From Azolla caroliniana (taxonomy: Eukaryota; Plantae; Polypodiophyta): a stretch of DNA of 64,000 bases. Positions 1 through 13,254 of this stretch are shown here, piece after piece. The DNA lies in contig JBHGNT010000006.1 in assembly GCA_043228905.1 (NCBI GenBank), positions 16,864,001-16,928,000 of the forward strand, read 5' to 3'. How positions within the stretch are numbered: the first letter of the stretch is position 1; the number at the start of each line of letters is the position of its first letter. Under the pieces are notes generated by a model. That model worked only from the letters and a program-made list of their open reading frames with translations. It made no database searches and was not told the DNA's origin. The translations under genes were made by a program, and so were the position numbers.

Positions 1-494
1 GATGATGATTATCAATGACAAAGATAGACATGGCGTAATAGCGAAGATAATGGAGAGTATGATGGTAAGAGAGATTGGCATGAAGATGTTGAGAATCGTT
101 GAGAAGCATTGTGGGGTGGGGGGTGGTGCCTAGAATGGCTCCACCCTCCTCCCAAGGGGGTTCAACGTTAAGGGGAGGGAAGAGAGAGAGAGAGAGATGA
201 AAAGAGAGATAGATAGAGAAAAATGATTCATTCATATTTCATTCATTCCCCATAAGGGGTTAAATAGTTCAAGAGGGGGTAGATACATAGGGGTGTAAGC
301 CCCCTCGAGCATTCATACTGGACACTCACTCACACCTCCTCGTATCCATCCGCATGCACACACGTGTGCATGTGTTCACATACGTATAGACTCACAATTA
401 CATTTATGTCCCCTACACATACACAACAACATCATGATAACATTCGACCCTCGCTCATCGCACTGACTCTCCGTACATCTCGTACGGGGTAACA
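1..494. mobile_element. Terminal fragment of an LTR-like sequence inserted into the neighbouring element
   Basis: Ends ...GTACGGGGTAACA at 494, exactly where similarity between 495-1473 and 3071-4006 stops. The other end lies outside the window. Confidence 0.45.
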
Positions 495-916
495 GTGGCT
501 ACCCCATCTCCGATCACGGAAGCGTCGATTACCCTTGCCTCCTCCTCTTCCTCGATCTCCTTGTCGTCGTCTTGGTTGCCCGCCTTGCCACCGCCACCAT
601 TCATCACTCTAGGTCTTACACCGGTTGTCGGGTCGGACGCCAAAGCCTCTAGAATCGGTGTGGGTAAGGTCTGGGCACCACCGCTTGTCTCCTCCCCGCT
701 TGATGTTTCGGGCCATCGTGTCCCGAATCCTCAGCCCACTCTCGAAGTGGCGCTCCTCACTTCGTCGTCACCGGCCTCATCCATGGCCGTCCCTTTTCCA
801 CAAGACGAGAGGCTCGCTTGCTTCGCACCCTCTCCAACGTTGTCGCCATTACACGCTCTTCCGGCCTCCGCATAGGCCCCATTGTCCACGTATAGGGAGG
901 CTTCTTCCCCTAAAGA

Positions 917-1473
917 TGTCGCGATATTCCACGAGCGCGTGTAGGATCCGAGGCGGGACCATAGGGGTCTTGAACTAGGGAGTTGAGGAGAAGGAATAAG
1001 ACACGAAATGGAAGCTTAGCTCAAGAGGAGAGGAGAATGAATATGACATGAAAATTGAACAAGATATGGATGGAGGCAAAATACTCAACAAGTTATATTA
1101 AGAAAACACAAACGAATACAACCATGGCGGCATAAGCCAAAACCCAACGACTACAAGAAACCCTAACCGAATAAGTAAAGTGAAGAAGATGAATAAGGAA
1201 ACCCTAAGAGAAACCCTAACCCTAAACCAAAATGGGAAAAAGAAGAACCCTAGAACTATGTGGTATACCTTTCACACTCAAAATAGGCAACCCCTTCACA
1301 AGTGACCCCTCCCTTCCTTTTATAGCCCAAGGAGGGAGGGACCTTACAATGTGGGATAAATTTCTCCTCTTTATTCTATACACCATTTTACATTGTAAGT
1401 GTGCACATGTTGCACACCGCCGACTTGCCCATTCTATCCCCGTTTCACACCGTAGCCGGAAATCTTCACGACA
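917..1473 (-). repeat. LTR copy A (shared middle LTR)
   Basis: TGTCGCGA at 917 and TTCACGACA ending 1473; minus-strand TATAAA near 1320; PPT adjacent on the right. Confidence 0.7.
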
Positions 1474-3464
1474 TCCACCCCCACCAAACCGCACATCCAC
1501 CGATTTCGGCTACGGTGATCAACCGGGTCCTCCGCCGTCCCAGCACCCGACCGCCTCGCCGGCTCCTACTGACCCCGATCCGTCGAATCCATCCGATCCA
1601 TCAGGTCCACCGCGTGTCCCCAAACCACCAACTCCATCCGATCCTCCATATCCGACGTTCGTGCCTTCCTCGGACGCCGTTGTCGACCCGGCCACTCCGA
1701 CTTTCTTCGCCATGTATGCCCTTTGATTGGGGCCCCGGTCACTTCGGTTGTACGCCAGATTCTATGCCTTGTGTGCCGTGTATGTCCCTCCGTCGGTTTG
1801 ATCGTCTTCGCGTCCCGAACACTTCCACGTGCCAACTCTCTCCGCTCCGCGCTCGCCTTCCGCAGGCTCTTCCCGTGTGCCATTATCGTTCCCCGAATGC
1901 GTGATCGTTCTTCGGTCCTTAGGCCACCCCATTACACGCTCCTCGCTTCCCCCTTGCTTGTCGTGCTCTCTCGTCGTAGAGTGTACCATCATACCAACCT
2001 CAATGTTGGTGTCTGTCGCAGCTCTTGTTACCGGTTCGCCTCAACTTCCGCCCTCTATGCCTTGCATGTCCTCCGGGACGCCGCGCTTTCTCTTCCCGGC
2101 GTGTACCCCTTTGTTCTCCGTGCACCATCCTTCTCTCCCTCCGTTCATCTGCCAATCACAACACCTTACCGCTTTGTCTCTCGCCGCGTGCTTGCCTCTC
2201 AAAGGTTCGACCATTCCGCTGTTTCCAATCACTCGTTGCTGCTCTTCCAGGTGCATGCTTGCTTCTTGGCCCTTCGCCGGCCATAGCGCATGCTCCGTTT
2301 TACGCCCTTCACTCGCGGTAGACCCGACTTCCGCGTCGGCCTCTTCTCCCTTTGTTGTCGTAGCCCGTTCCGACTCGGGCTTGCTATCTTGGCCCCGCTC
2401 GTCCATTATTTCATACCGGATACCCGCTCTGGTAACCTTGTCCGCTCCGGTAACTAACTCCTCCCCGCCACCCGCCGTTGATCCGCAATCGCCGAAGTCT
2501 CTAGAATAAGTGTGGAGGGTCCCAACCGTTTCTGGTCTTTCATGGAACTGTAGTCGTCATGCCCGCTTGGCCTCCTTCTCGCACTCACTAGCTCCCACCA
2601 TGTGTTGCGACTCTTCCTCCCCTATCTCCAATCATGTCGGCTTGGTCCTTGCCCAGTTCGGTCCCGACCGATCATGTTCCGGTTTGCTCAGCTTCCTTCC
2701 ATAATCGTAACCAGCCAGTAAGGGTTCGGCCGAACACTTCTGGTCTTGCTGGCTCTTCTTCAGTTCAGGCCTAGTTGACCGGCCCCCACTTCATTCTTTT
2801 CCCAGTTGACCTTCCGATCGGGTCGATTCCCGACTCTCTCCTTGTTGCCGCTCTCGGCCGAACCCTTCGGTCCTTTTGTTTATGCCCGTTTTGGGCCTCG
2901 CATCTTCCTCTTCGTTTCGGTCACCTGCCTTGCCGCCGCCACCGTCCGTCACTCTAGGTCTCATACCGGCTCTCGGGCCAGATGCCGGAATCTCTAGAAC
3001 CGGTGCGGGTAAGATCCCGGCACCGTCGCTCATTATGTCCGTAACCACCTCCATCCGGACGTCATTGTTCGTGGCTACCCCGTTTCCGATAGCGGAAGCG
3101 TCGATTACCCTTGCCTCCTCCTCTTCCTCGATCTCCTTGCCGTCGTCTTGGTTGCCCGCCTTGCCGCCGCCACCGTTCGTCACTCTAAGTCTTACACTGG
3201 CTCTCGGGCTGGACGCCGAAGTCTCTAGAATCGGTGTGGGTAAGGTCTCGGTACCACCACTCGTCTCCTCCCCGCTTGATGTTTCGGGCCTCTGTGTCCC
3301 GAATCCTCCGCCCACTCTCGAAGTGGCCTTCGTAGTCACTTGCCTCATCCATGGTCGTCCCTTTTCCGGAAGACAAGAGGGTCGCTTGCTCTGCACCCTC
3401 TCCCACGTCGTCGTCGTTGCACGCTCTTTTGGCCTCCGCATAGGGAGGCTTCTTCCCCCAAAGA

Positions 3465-4006
3465 TGTTGCGATATTCCGCAAGCGCGTGTAGGATCCGAA
3501 GTGGGACCGTAGGGGTCTTGAACTAAGGAGTTGAGGAGAATGAATAAGACATGAAACCGAAGCTTAGCTCAAGAGGAGAGGAGAATGAATATGACATGAA
3601 AATTGAACAAGATATGGATGGAGGCAAAATACTCAACAAGTCATATTAAGAAAACACAAACGAATACAACCATGGCGGCATAGGACAAAACCCAACGACG
3701 ACAAGAAAAGTAAAGTAAAGAAGATGAATAAGGAAACCCTAAGAGAAACCCTAACCCTAAACTGAAATGGGAAGAAGAACCCTAGAACTATGTGGTATAT
3801 CTTTCATACTCAAAATAGGCAACCCCTTCACAAGTGACCCCTCCCTTCCTTTTAAAGCCTAAGGAGGGAGAGACCTTACAATGTGGGATAAATTTCCCCT
3901 CTTTATTCTATACACCATTTTACATTGTAAGTGTGCACATGTTGCACACTACTGACTTGCCCATTCCATCCCGGTTTCACACCGTAGCCGGAAAATCTTC
4001 ACGACA
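3465..4006 (-). repeat. LTR copy B (5' LTR)
   Basis: TGTTGCGA at 3465 and TTCACGACA ending 4006; colinear with 917-1473. Confidence 0.7.
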
Positions 4007-4128
4007 ACGTAAACATCTTGTGTCATCTCAGGTTTTTAGTCTGTTTCTCTTCTATTCCTTGTTGAAGACTTGGTTGTGGCTGAGCGTTATTTCCTCTCAA
4101 ACTTGTATTAGAGCGAACAACATAGGAA

Positions 4129-7100
4129 ATGGAAGAGTTGTTCGGCGGCATGTTCAAGCTCACCGCCTCCAACTACTTAGTGTGGAAGTTGAAGATGAGG
4201 GACATGCTGGTGGTTAAAGATCTTTGGTTGTCGGTACAGCTCGGGGACAAGAAACCGGATAAGATCGATGCCGCGACATGGGAGGTGATGCACATGAAGA
4301 CAACATAGTACATCCGGTGCTTCATCGACATGAGCCTGTACAACAACTTCAATGAAGAAAGTGAGGCTCATGAACTTTAGGAGAAGATAGACATCATGTT
4401 CCAGAACAAAAATGTCTGTTCTCGGGTTTCGGTATTCCGGAAGTTAGTGAGGCTCCAGTACCAAGACGGCTCTAGTATGGCAGAGCATATGAATGCCTTC
4501 CGGCGGCTAATACACAAAGCCACCTCTTTGGAAGTACCTCTCGTGGATGAGGCACTCGCATTGCTCCTACTTGGTTCCCTCCCAGATAGTTGGGAGACGT
4601 TAGTTGTCACGTTGGGCAACGCCCGGCCGGAAGGAAAGTAGTTGTCCCTAGCAAGGGTAAAATCAAGCTTGCTAGATTAAGAAGCTTGTCGAAAGGACCG
4701 GGAGTCCGGAACCGATCCGAAGGCCTTGGTTACAGAAAATGACCACAACTAGGGAAGAGGCCAGTATCAGAGTCCCCAAAACTGGAACAAATCGGGGACG
4801 AGGTCGAAGTCAAGGGGGAGGCCTACTTGCTTCTATTGTGGGAAGCCAGGGCACTTCCAGAAGAACTATCGGCATTTCCGGAAAGAGAAAGGAACCAACA
4901 ATGCCGATTCGAAGAAGGGTTCGGACTGGAAAAGGTCGGATTGGATGAGAACGTCGGCAATCGCGACAAGTGAAGAAGAATTGATGCTCATTACCGAGGA
5001 GAATGAGTTAAACCTTGTCGGCGATGAGACAACATGGGTTGTCAATTCCGGAGCATCATTCCATCTTACACCGGACCAGAAATTCTTGTAATCCTACATA
5101 GCCAGAGATCACAGTTGTGTCCGGATGGCGAATGAAGGTGCATGCCGAAGTGTCGGCATAGGAGATGTATTGTTGATGACATCAACCAGATGCAAGTTGT
5201 TGTTGAAGGATGTCCAACACATTCCGGAGGTTCGGTTGAACCTAATATCAACCGATCGGCTAGATGATGAAGGCTACACAGGTAGCATCCGGAACGGAGT
5301 CATGAAATTCAGCAAGGGAAGCTTGATCGTGGCTCGAGCCCGGAAGATCAACATGTTGTACCTGATGCATGCCTGGATATGTCGGGAAGAAGTGAACGTA
5401 GCATCTGACACTGCCGGTGAGCTGTGGCACAAGAGACTGTGTCATATGAGCCAGAAGGGGATGAGAAGACTTGCCGAAGACAACCTCATTCCGGAGGTGA
5501 AAGACGTGCATCTTGAGAAGTGCACCGATTGCTTGGCCGGCAAGCAAAACCGAACCTCCTTCCGGTCAAGACCACCGATGAGACGGAATGCACCACGGGA
5601 GCTAGTGCATACCGATGTGTGTCAAGTACTTCGTGCCGTTCATAGATGACCACAGTTGGAAGTTGTGGGTCTCACAATTGAAGACAAAGGATCAGGTGTT
5701 ATCCTTCTTCAAGGAGCTCCACCAAGAGTGGAAAGAGAAACCGATCAGAAGCTGAAGGCAGTTCGAGCAAATAACGGAGGAGAATTCCAAGGGCAGTTCG
5801 AGGAGTATTTCAGGTCAAAGGGAATCCGGCTCGAATTCACCATGCCGAAGACACCGGAATTGAACAGGTTGGCCAAACAGATGAACCGGACTGTAATGGA
5901 GAGAGTCCGGAGCATGCTGGCACACACAAAGTTACCCAAGACGTTTTGGGTTGAGGTGCTGATGACGACGACCTATGTGATAAACAAATCACCCTTAGCA
6001 CCCTTGGAAGGAGACTCACCGTAGAAAGTATGGACCAGTAAAGATGTATCTTACCGACATTTCAAGGTGTTCGGGTGTCTCGCTTATGTGCATGTTGCAA
6101 AAGACAAGAGAGCAAAGATGGATCCGAAGTCTAGGCCATGCATATTCCTTGGATACATCGATGATGAGTTCGGTTACCGGGTGTGGGATCTGGTCGACAA
6201 GAAGGTGTTCCGGAGTCGAGACATAGTCTTCATGGAAGACGGGACTATTGCCGACTGGGAGTCAGAGAAGAAGGTGATGAACTCCAGATCATCCAATGAA
6301 AATTGGCTTGAGGACACAAGGACTTACATGGTTGAAAACCGGATGTTAACCGAGAACTGGATGACACTCGACGAACTGACCGGATTCGGAAAAGAAACTG
6401 AACCAATCGAAGAAGAAGAAGAAGACACCGGAACCAGACAAGATCCAGAATCGGATTCGGATGAAGAACAAATGGAGGAACCGGTAGTCAGAAACCAAGG
6501 ATGAAGATACCCTCTCAAAGAGAGAAGATCCCCCCAGAGATTTCTGGATGCAAAGCACGTATTGTTGACCAATGAGGGGGAGTTGGAAAGCTTCGAAGAA
6601 CCAAAGAAAGACACCCACAACCGCACGTGGTTAAGTGCCATGCGGGACGAGATAGATTCCCTGCATGAGAACCACACATACGAACTGACGGAGTTGCCGA
6701 AAGGAAAGAGGGCATTCCGGAACAAGCGGGTGTACAAGCTGAAACCAGGAGACACCAGAAATCCACCAAGGTACAAAGTCTGGATCATGGTGAAGGGTTT
6801 TCAGTAGAAGAAAGGTGTGGATTTCGATGAGATCTTTGCCCCGGTAGTAAAGATGACATCCATCCGGACGGTATTGGGCATAGCAACAAGCATGAACCTC
6901 AAGGTAGAGCAATTGGACGTCAATACGACATTCCTACATGGCGACCTCAAAGAAGAGATCTACATGCATCAACCAAAGGATTTGAGAAGAAAGGGAAGGA
7001 GCACCTGGTGTGCCGGTTGAAGAAGAGCTTATACGGATTGAAGCAAGCGCCCCGCAAATGGTACCGGAAGTTTGACTCCTTCATGACCGATCAAGGGTAC

Positions 7101-8095
7101 CACAAAACGCAAGTTGATCACTACATGTTTGTGAAGAAATTTGACGGAGGCGATTTCCTGATACTCCTTCTGTACGTGGATGACATGTTGATCATCGGAC
7201 CGAACCAAACCAAAATTGGGATGCTGAAGAAGGCCTTGAACCGGACCTTCTCCATGAAAGATTTGGGTCCGGCAAGACAAATCTTAGGGATGCACATCAT
7301 TCGAGATTGGAAGAAGAAGCTATTGTGGTTGTCACAAGAAAAGTACGTGACAAAGGTGCTTCAGCGGTTCAACATGTCGGATGCAAAATCGATCGGATCG
7401 ACACTCTCAGCAAACTGCAAGCTATCCGGAAAGCAAAGCCCTAAGACAAAGGCAGAGAAGACGGATATGATGAGGATACCATATGCCTCCACCGTCGGGA
7501 GCTTGATGTACGCAATGGTGTGTACCTGGCCAGATATTGAGTATGCAATCAGAGTGGTGAGTCGGTTCATGAGCAATCCCAGAAAAGAGCACTGGAACAT
7601 GGTCAAGTGGATACTCCGGTATTTGAAAGGCACCTTGAGTATGTGCCTCCGATTCAGTGCTGGTAAACCCCAACTAGACGGATTCACGGATTCAGATATG
7701 TCGGTTGATGCGGCTACTAGCCGGTCTACATCCAGATATGTTATGACTTATGCAGGGGGAGCTGTATCGTGGAAGTCGAGGCTACAGAAGTCCGTTGCAC
7801 TATCAACAACGGAAGCGGAGTATATGGCAGATGTGGAAGCCAGCAAGGAAGTAATCTGGATGAAGGACTTCATCGGAGAGCTAGGTATCCGACAGGAGGA
7901 ATACCAACTCTACCAAAGTGCCATCCACCTTGCGAAGAATGCACATCCAGAGGAGATATCACTAGCTCCGGGAGAAGGTAGAAGATCAAGACTTTGTGCT
8001 GACAAAGATCCACACGAAGGAGAACGGATCGGATATGTTGACCAAGGTGCTTTCAACCAACAAGCTAGATGCGTGCCGAAGACAGATCAGATTAA
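4129..8095 (+). pseudogene. Copia gag-protease-integrase-RT-RNaseH polyprotein, multiple stops and frameshifts
   Basis: LLLLGSLPDSWETLV (gag), CFYCGKPGH knuckle, LWHKRLCHMS, VHTDV integrase, LLLYVDDML RT, VALSTTEAEY RNaseH. Confidence 0.92.
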
Positions 8096-8128
8096 CAAGA
8101 AATCCCATGCCAGAGTGAAGGCAGAGTT

Positions 8129-8690
8129 TGTTGGGAATTCGGTCCCTCCTGATGGGATCCGGATGAGAATCGGAGGAGCCGAATAAAGGAACCGGATCCA
8201 GAAGGGTTCCGGATGAGACCTGAAAACCGGATCGAGTGAATCCGGATGGATCCGATGCAAACCGGATCCAAGAACATATGTGTAAATATGTTTCATGGTG
8301 AGCCCATCGAGGCTATATTTGTAAATAGCCCTAAAGTCATATAAGTATAAATATGACTTAGGGCAATCACTTTATGTGTGAGGTGGTTATTGTTAGATGT
8401 TGTGATTATTATTGTATAGAGAGCGATAGAGAGAGAGAGTGAGTGAGACGCAGAGCGATACTCTATTGTAACCGCCGGTTGGCGAAGATAGAGAGCTTGA
8501 GGTCGTTGCCTCCGAGTCTTTGATTGTACCTTTCTCATATAGTGATAGTTTGGAGTCTACGGGCTCCCGTGGTTTTCCCTTATTTAGGGTTTTCCATGTA
8601 AACATCCTATGTCATCTCGGTTTTTTAGTATGTTTCTCTTCTATTCCTTGTTGAAGACTCGGTTGTGGCCAAGCGTTATTTCCTCTCAAA
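8129..8690 (+). repeat. 3' LTR of Copia element
   Basis: Starts TG after PPT; TATAAA ~8347; 3' end matches 4007-4101. Confidence 0.85.
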
Positions 8691-10440
8691 AATCACTTGG
8701 CCAGATCTTAGTTATCCAGTTGGCATGATTAGTCAATTCATGTCGTAGCCGACGTCTGACCATCTTTAGTGCGCACATTGAATATTGTGATATGTGAACG
8801 GCACAAAGGATAGAGGGTTGTTGTATCGAGCAGGTGTAGCCGAAAAGCTAGTTGGCTACACAGATGTGGACTGGACCGGAAGTGCAAGTGATTGCCAATC
8901 GACATCGGGATATGCATTCTCCTTAGGGAGTGCAATGGCACCTAGTGTAGCAAGAAGCAGCCTACAGTGGCACTGTCAAGCACTGAGGCCGAGTACAGAG
9001 GAACAACTATCACGACCTGCGAAGCCATTTATTTGGCTTAAGCGGCTACTCAAGGATGTACGGGTAGAGGTGTCTGATCCGACGATGATCTATTGCAACA
9101 ACCTCAATAGTATCCAATTGACCAAGAACCCCGTCTTCCATGCTCGCACGAAGTGCATTACCACTTCATACGCGAGCGTGTTCTCTCCGGTGAAGTGGAA
9201 CTTCTCTATGTTCCGATTGATCGAAGTTGGCAGACATCTTCCCCAAATCTCTTAGTCTGAACAAGTTGCAACATTTTTCGGATATGCTAGGTGTGTAGCA
9301 TCTCGACATGTGTTAATCGGCTAATTACTAACTACTACCGATACAGAAGAGTGAACGTCGCTACTCAACGTTCTAACAAGGAATTGTGTTTTACGAACGG
9401 AATTATACTATATTAATCGGTAATTACCGTGATCGTTACTTAGTTATAAATTAGGAAGCTTGCACTTAAGAACATAGACAATAGAAAGAACACAGAATCC
9501 GTACAGGATATTCCTAACTTAAACTTATATTACTAAATAAAACGACCTTTCTTACAATGCCTTCGGTTCCCTTTTATAGGTATACCGAAGGTCTTTTCTC
9601 ATCAAGAACTATTCCTACTTACTATCAAGATTTACAAAATTATCTAACTAACTTAGTTCTCTTCGTTTACTGCTGAGTCATTGATCCGAACAGTCGATCC
9701 GAACCGACTCTGTTTTCGACGCTTTCCCACTTGTTCGGTAAAACTGACTGTCCGGGTCCGGGTAACAACATGCCTCACTTGAGGGGGAGAGAAGAATCGA
9801 CTGAAGAAGCCAAATTTGATGAGAGAACGAGAGGAATAAAATTGGCTAAGTAAAGACCAGTCAAATCCAAGGGGAGCGAAACGAATAATGACTCAGAGCC
9901 AGCCGAAGGAAAGGGGAGAGCCGAAAAGACTTGGGCTGAGGCAAACGAATCAGAGACAGTTGATTCGGATAATGGAAGTGATTCGGACAAGTTGAATCAT
10001 GTAGAGACCAAACGAACAAGGAGGCAGCAGGAGGCAACACCAATGCGGAGAAGCTGATGGGTCGAGGGGTGTCAATTCCGAAAGGGAAAGAAGAAGGCCA
10101 ACAAGGGTCTTAGGAGAAGAAAAGTCAATCGAGCAAGTTGAGGAGCGCAAGACCGGACGGGTCGAGGAGTGCGAGCTAGGAGACAAGCCGGCTGGAGAAG
10201 TCGGGGCAAAGAATCAACATAACTGAAGGGACCTCAAGTTGAGCTTGAGGGGGAGTGTTGAGGGACAAGCTCAACATGGGCTAGATTGGCTGAAGAAGCC
10301 GACAAGCAGATCGGTTGGAGAAGCCGACAAGCCGTTAGAGGCCTACGTTCCTATTTTAGTAGTTCAATCCTATCCATGTCTTAATGTAGCTGCTCTTATT
10401 GTAGTTCAATATGTTCCATAATTTGGTTGTAGAAGCTAGT
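8691..10440 (+). mobile_element. 3' part of an older host Copia (RT end, RNaseH, ~480 bp 3' UTR, start of 3' LTR at 10256)
   Basis: LVGYTDVDW..STSGY and KNPVFHARTK motifs; GAGCTTGAGGGGGAG followed by TGTTGAG at 10256. Right boundary approximate. Confidence 0.8.
9311..9767. mobile_element. Solo LTR with perfect 5-bp TSD
   Basis: ACATG|TGTTAA...GGTAACA|ACATG (TSD 9306-9310 and 9768-9772); the host Copia sequence rejoins across it. Confidence 0.88.
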
Positions 10441-11802
10441 TGTGTTGAGGAAGATACACAACAAGAATAAGGGATAATGTTAATATTAACTTAACTTCAA
10501 TTGTGGACATTATCCATTAATCTACATGTCCCCATACAACACACAATTTGATTAAGTAGATGTGGGATGGCTTTCGTTGAAGAATAATAGATATTAAGCA
10601 CTTTGCAACTAAAGTAATGGAATCTACAGGGCGATCAGAAAATGCAATTACATCCTTGAAAGGCCCCATTCTATGATATTGTTCAGCTATAGAAGTAGTA
10701 AGACAATACCTATGGAAAAGCTATCAACAGATAGGGATGCGACAAAACATGAGTGTAATGAATGAGAAGAAGTTGAGCATCCATGAGGATGATCAATTGA
10801 GCTTAATGAAGAATCGTGTGCGTGCACTCCTCCGTTCTTAGCTCTTTCATATGAAGTACATACAAGACTTGATTAATGTAAGTGTTGATATTGAATTATA
10901 AATTAGAATGCTAGAAATTTGAGGTCTTAGAGCTGGAGAAGAATCCTGGTGGCACACAAATTATAATAATACTAATAACGTCTTCTAAGACCAAAATTGG
11001 CCCATGAGATAGAATATGAATATGTATTGAGGTGGACATAAGAAGGAGGATACATATGTATATGTATGTATGTATGTTCAATTGAGGTGACCGGAGGAAT
11101 CCGGTGATGTTCCTGGCGATCGCCGGTGGACGTGATAAATACGGGCGCAGGGCCCTTTCTCTTCGTTTTCTCTGTTCTTTCGGAGCTGCCATGGCGACCT
11201 TGATTCCCGGCGTCCTGCTGCAACTCCTTCATCTTATGAATTCTTCTCTATCATCTCAGAACGCCCCTCCTTCCCTCCTTCAAGTTATCAGTATCGTCCC
11301 TGCCATCGCTGGAACAGACCTTTGGCCAAACCTTGGCTTCTACCTTCGCGTTTCTGATTCTTCACACGCTATCTATGCCTCTCTTGCTGAAGACCAAGAC
11401 CAATACCTCATCCTCAATGACAAGCTTCAGCTCGGACAGTTTATTTGTGTGGAACGTCTTGAAATGGGGTCTCCTCTTCCTGTTCTTCGTGGAGTGATTA
11501 TTCTTCCAGGTAGGCATCCTTTTTTTGGTTCTCCGGAAGATCTTGTTACCTCTGCTATTCCTTCCTTGCAAGTTGAACCTACTGTGGGGAAATCTCCTCC
11601 TTAGATCAGTTTTACACAGGATGTACATGGATATGAGGAAAAAGATGTGTTCATGGATTCTCCTGCAAATGGAAATGAAAAAATTGGTGGAAAGTTGAAT
11701 GGAAGTGGAATGTTAAGCTCCAATGGCAATGAACGTAGTGGAGATAGTGGAAATGGATATGGAAACTTGAACGGAAGTGGATGTGGAACTAAAAGTGGAA
11801 AG

Positions 11803-11855
11803 TTTAATGGGAATGGAGATGGGAACGGAAATGGAAATGGAAATGGAAATGGAAG
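11803..11855 (+). repeat. Coding (GGAAAT)n repeat encoding a Gly-Asn tract
   Basis: GGAAATGGAAATGGAAAT... translates to GNGDGNGNGNGNGNGS. Confidence 0.85.
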
Positions 11856-12809
11856 TGAAGACAGAAATTCTAATGGAATTGGAAAAGTTGGAGAAAGGAC
11901 GGGGAATGTAAATTCTCCAATATCACCAGTCACTGAATCTGATCTTAGATTATTGCAGAATGCATCTACTTCTGGACAGAGTATGCATTATGTCAGAGAT
12001 TTGAGTGTAGCTCATGGAGTTATCTCCAACATAGAAAATGAAAAATCAGCAGCAGCTCTCACTAATATCACTGAGAAATCACACAATTTCCCCTCAGAAA
12101 ATCCTGAACTAAATGCACCTCGGAGAAGGAAATCTCAACCTACACCAGAAAAGGTGTTACAGGAGTCTAGACTTGGTACTACTCTATCTTCTTACTCGTG
12201 CTCAAGTTCTCCTGGGGGTTCTATTATACTATCAAGTTCTACTGACAAAGAATCAGCAGTATTGAGGCAATCAGCTTCAGGAAAAGTTGGCATTCAACAT
12301 AGGGCTACTCTATCAGCAGATGAGATTAAATCTCCGTTGAAGAGATCTACTTCAAAGTTTGAACATCATCTTCTTTCCAATCTGTCCTCTAATATGAAGC
12401 CTAAGAATAATGTGAGGGACTTGAATTCTAAATCTGGAGTTACAAGACAGAAGTGTAGCATGCAAGATGTTGTTAGAACTTCTGAATTTTCAGTGGGTTC
12501 TATAGAGAAGGGAAGTATAGTAGGAAAAGGAGCTTGTGCACGAAATAACATAAATTTGGCTTCAAGTACCTCAAAAATGGCTGGACTTCTTGCAATTAGT
12601 GCCAAGACATTGCGTAGAAGCTGGGAAGGGACAGGAATTAAGGAAGCGAGAGAGAAACTTAGTTTCTTTGGTGCAAACATGGATGCCATGATCAGTTCTC
12701 CAACAGTATGTTTCCTTTTATAATTGTGCTATGCTTTTATATGCTTTAGGGAAATTTATTGAAATACCCCTAATTGTTTGTGAAATTCTTAAAGTGCTTC
12801 CTAGGGTTT

Positions 12810-12812
<3 letters not shown>

Positions 12813-12847
<35 letters not shown>
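12813..12847. repeat. (GA)n microsatellite in intron 1
   Basis: Perfect AG run. Confidence 0.95.
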
Positions 12848-12850
<3 letters not shown>

Positions 12851-13254
12851 TTTTGATGCCCTTGGGAGACCGATCACGATCTACAAGATAGGGTATAGCC
12901 CATGGCAAGGATCTAATGTGGGCTCTCACAAGTTTATGAATTTGGCGCTACAATGTAAACCACCAAGCCAATAGTAATCAGGCTAAAGAAAGTTGTGACT
13001 CTTCTTTGTTGATGAGCTTGTGGTTGTATTGTTGTTCATCAACACCTTCTCCCCGTTTCTCTTGAGTTTTAGCATTGTTGGTCATATTCCTTAACCTTGT
13101 GTAGTGGGCCAAAACCTTGGTTAAAGAGGCAATGGTATCTCCTTGCCATTTCATAAAAAACTGTATAAAACAATGGGAAACATAGTGTTCTTTAGATTCC
13201 ACTCCTTGATGATGTTATTGATAGATTCTTTCTTCCACGTACACACATAGAGAC

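Larger units (their letters stand above)
495..4006 (-). mobile_element. Non-coding (non-autonomous) LTR element in tandem LTR-internal-LTR-internal arrangement
   Basis: Direct repeat 495-1473 / ~3071-4006. LTR termini TGT(C/T)GCGA...TCACGACA. PPT (reverse complement TCCACCCCCACCAAACC) at 1474. No gag/pol motifs in 1474-3464. Confidence 0.7.
4007..8690 (+). mobile_element. Ty1/Copia retrotransposon (Tnt1/Tork-like), decayed; 5' LTR split by the element at 495-4006
   Basis: 4007-4101 matches the end of the 3' LTR (8597-8690). Degenerate Met-i PBS TTGTATTAGAGC ~4103. PPT AGAGTGAAGGCAGAG, then LTR TGTTGGG at 8129. Confidence 0.9.

Noticed and set aside
1232-3526. Pro/Ser-rich ORFs as host genes
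   Set aside because: Overlapping ORFs on both strands in a GC-rich repeat, crossing LTR boundaries, with no recognisable domain.
11104-11190. Upstream start for the DUF936 gene
   Set aside because: Family members begin MA.L.PGVL, matching the ATG at 11191.
11602-11604. U-to-C editing, readthrough or a mini-intron rescuing the stop
   Set aside because: Reverse editing is organellar, candidate in-frame introns are only 21-36 nt, and two further frameshifts exist downstream.
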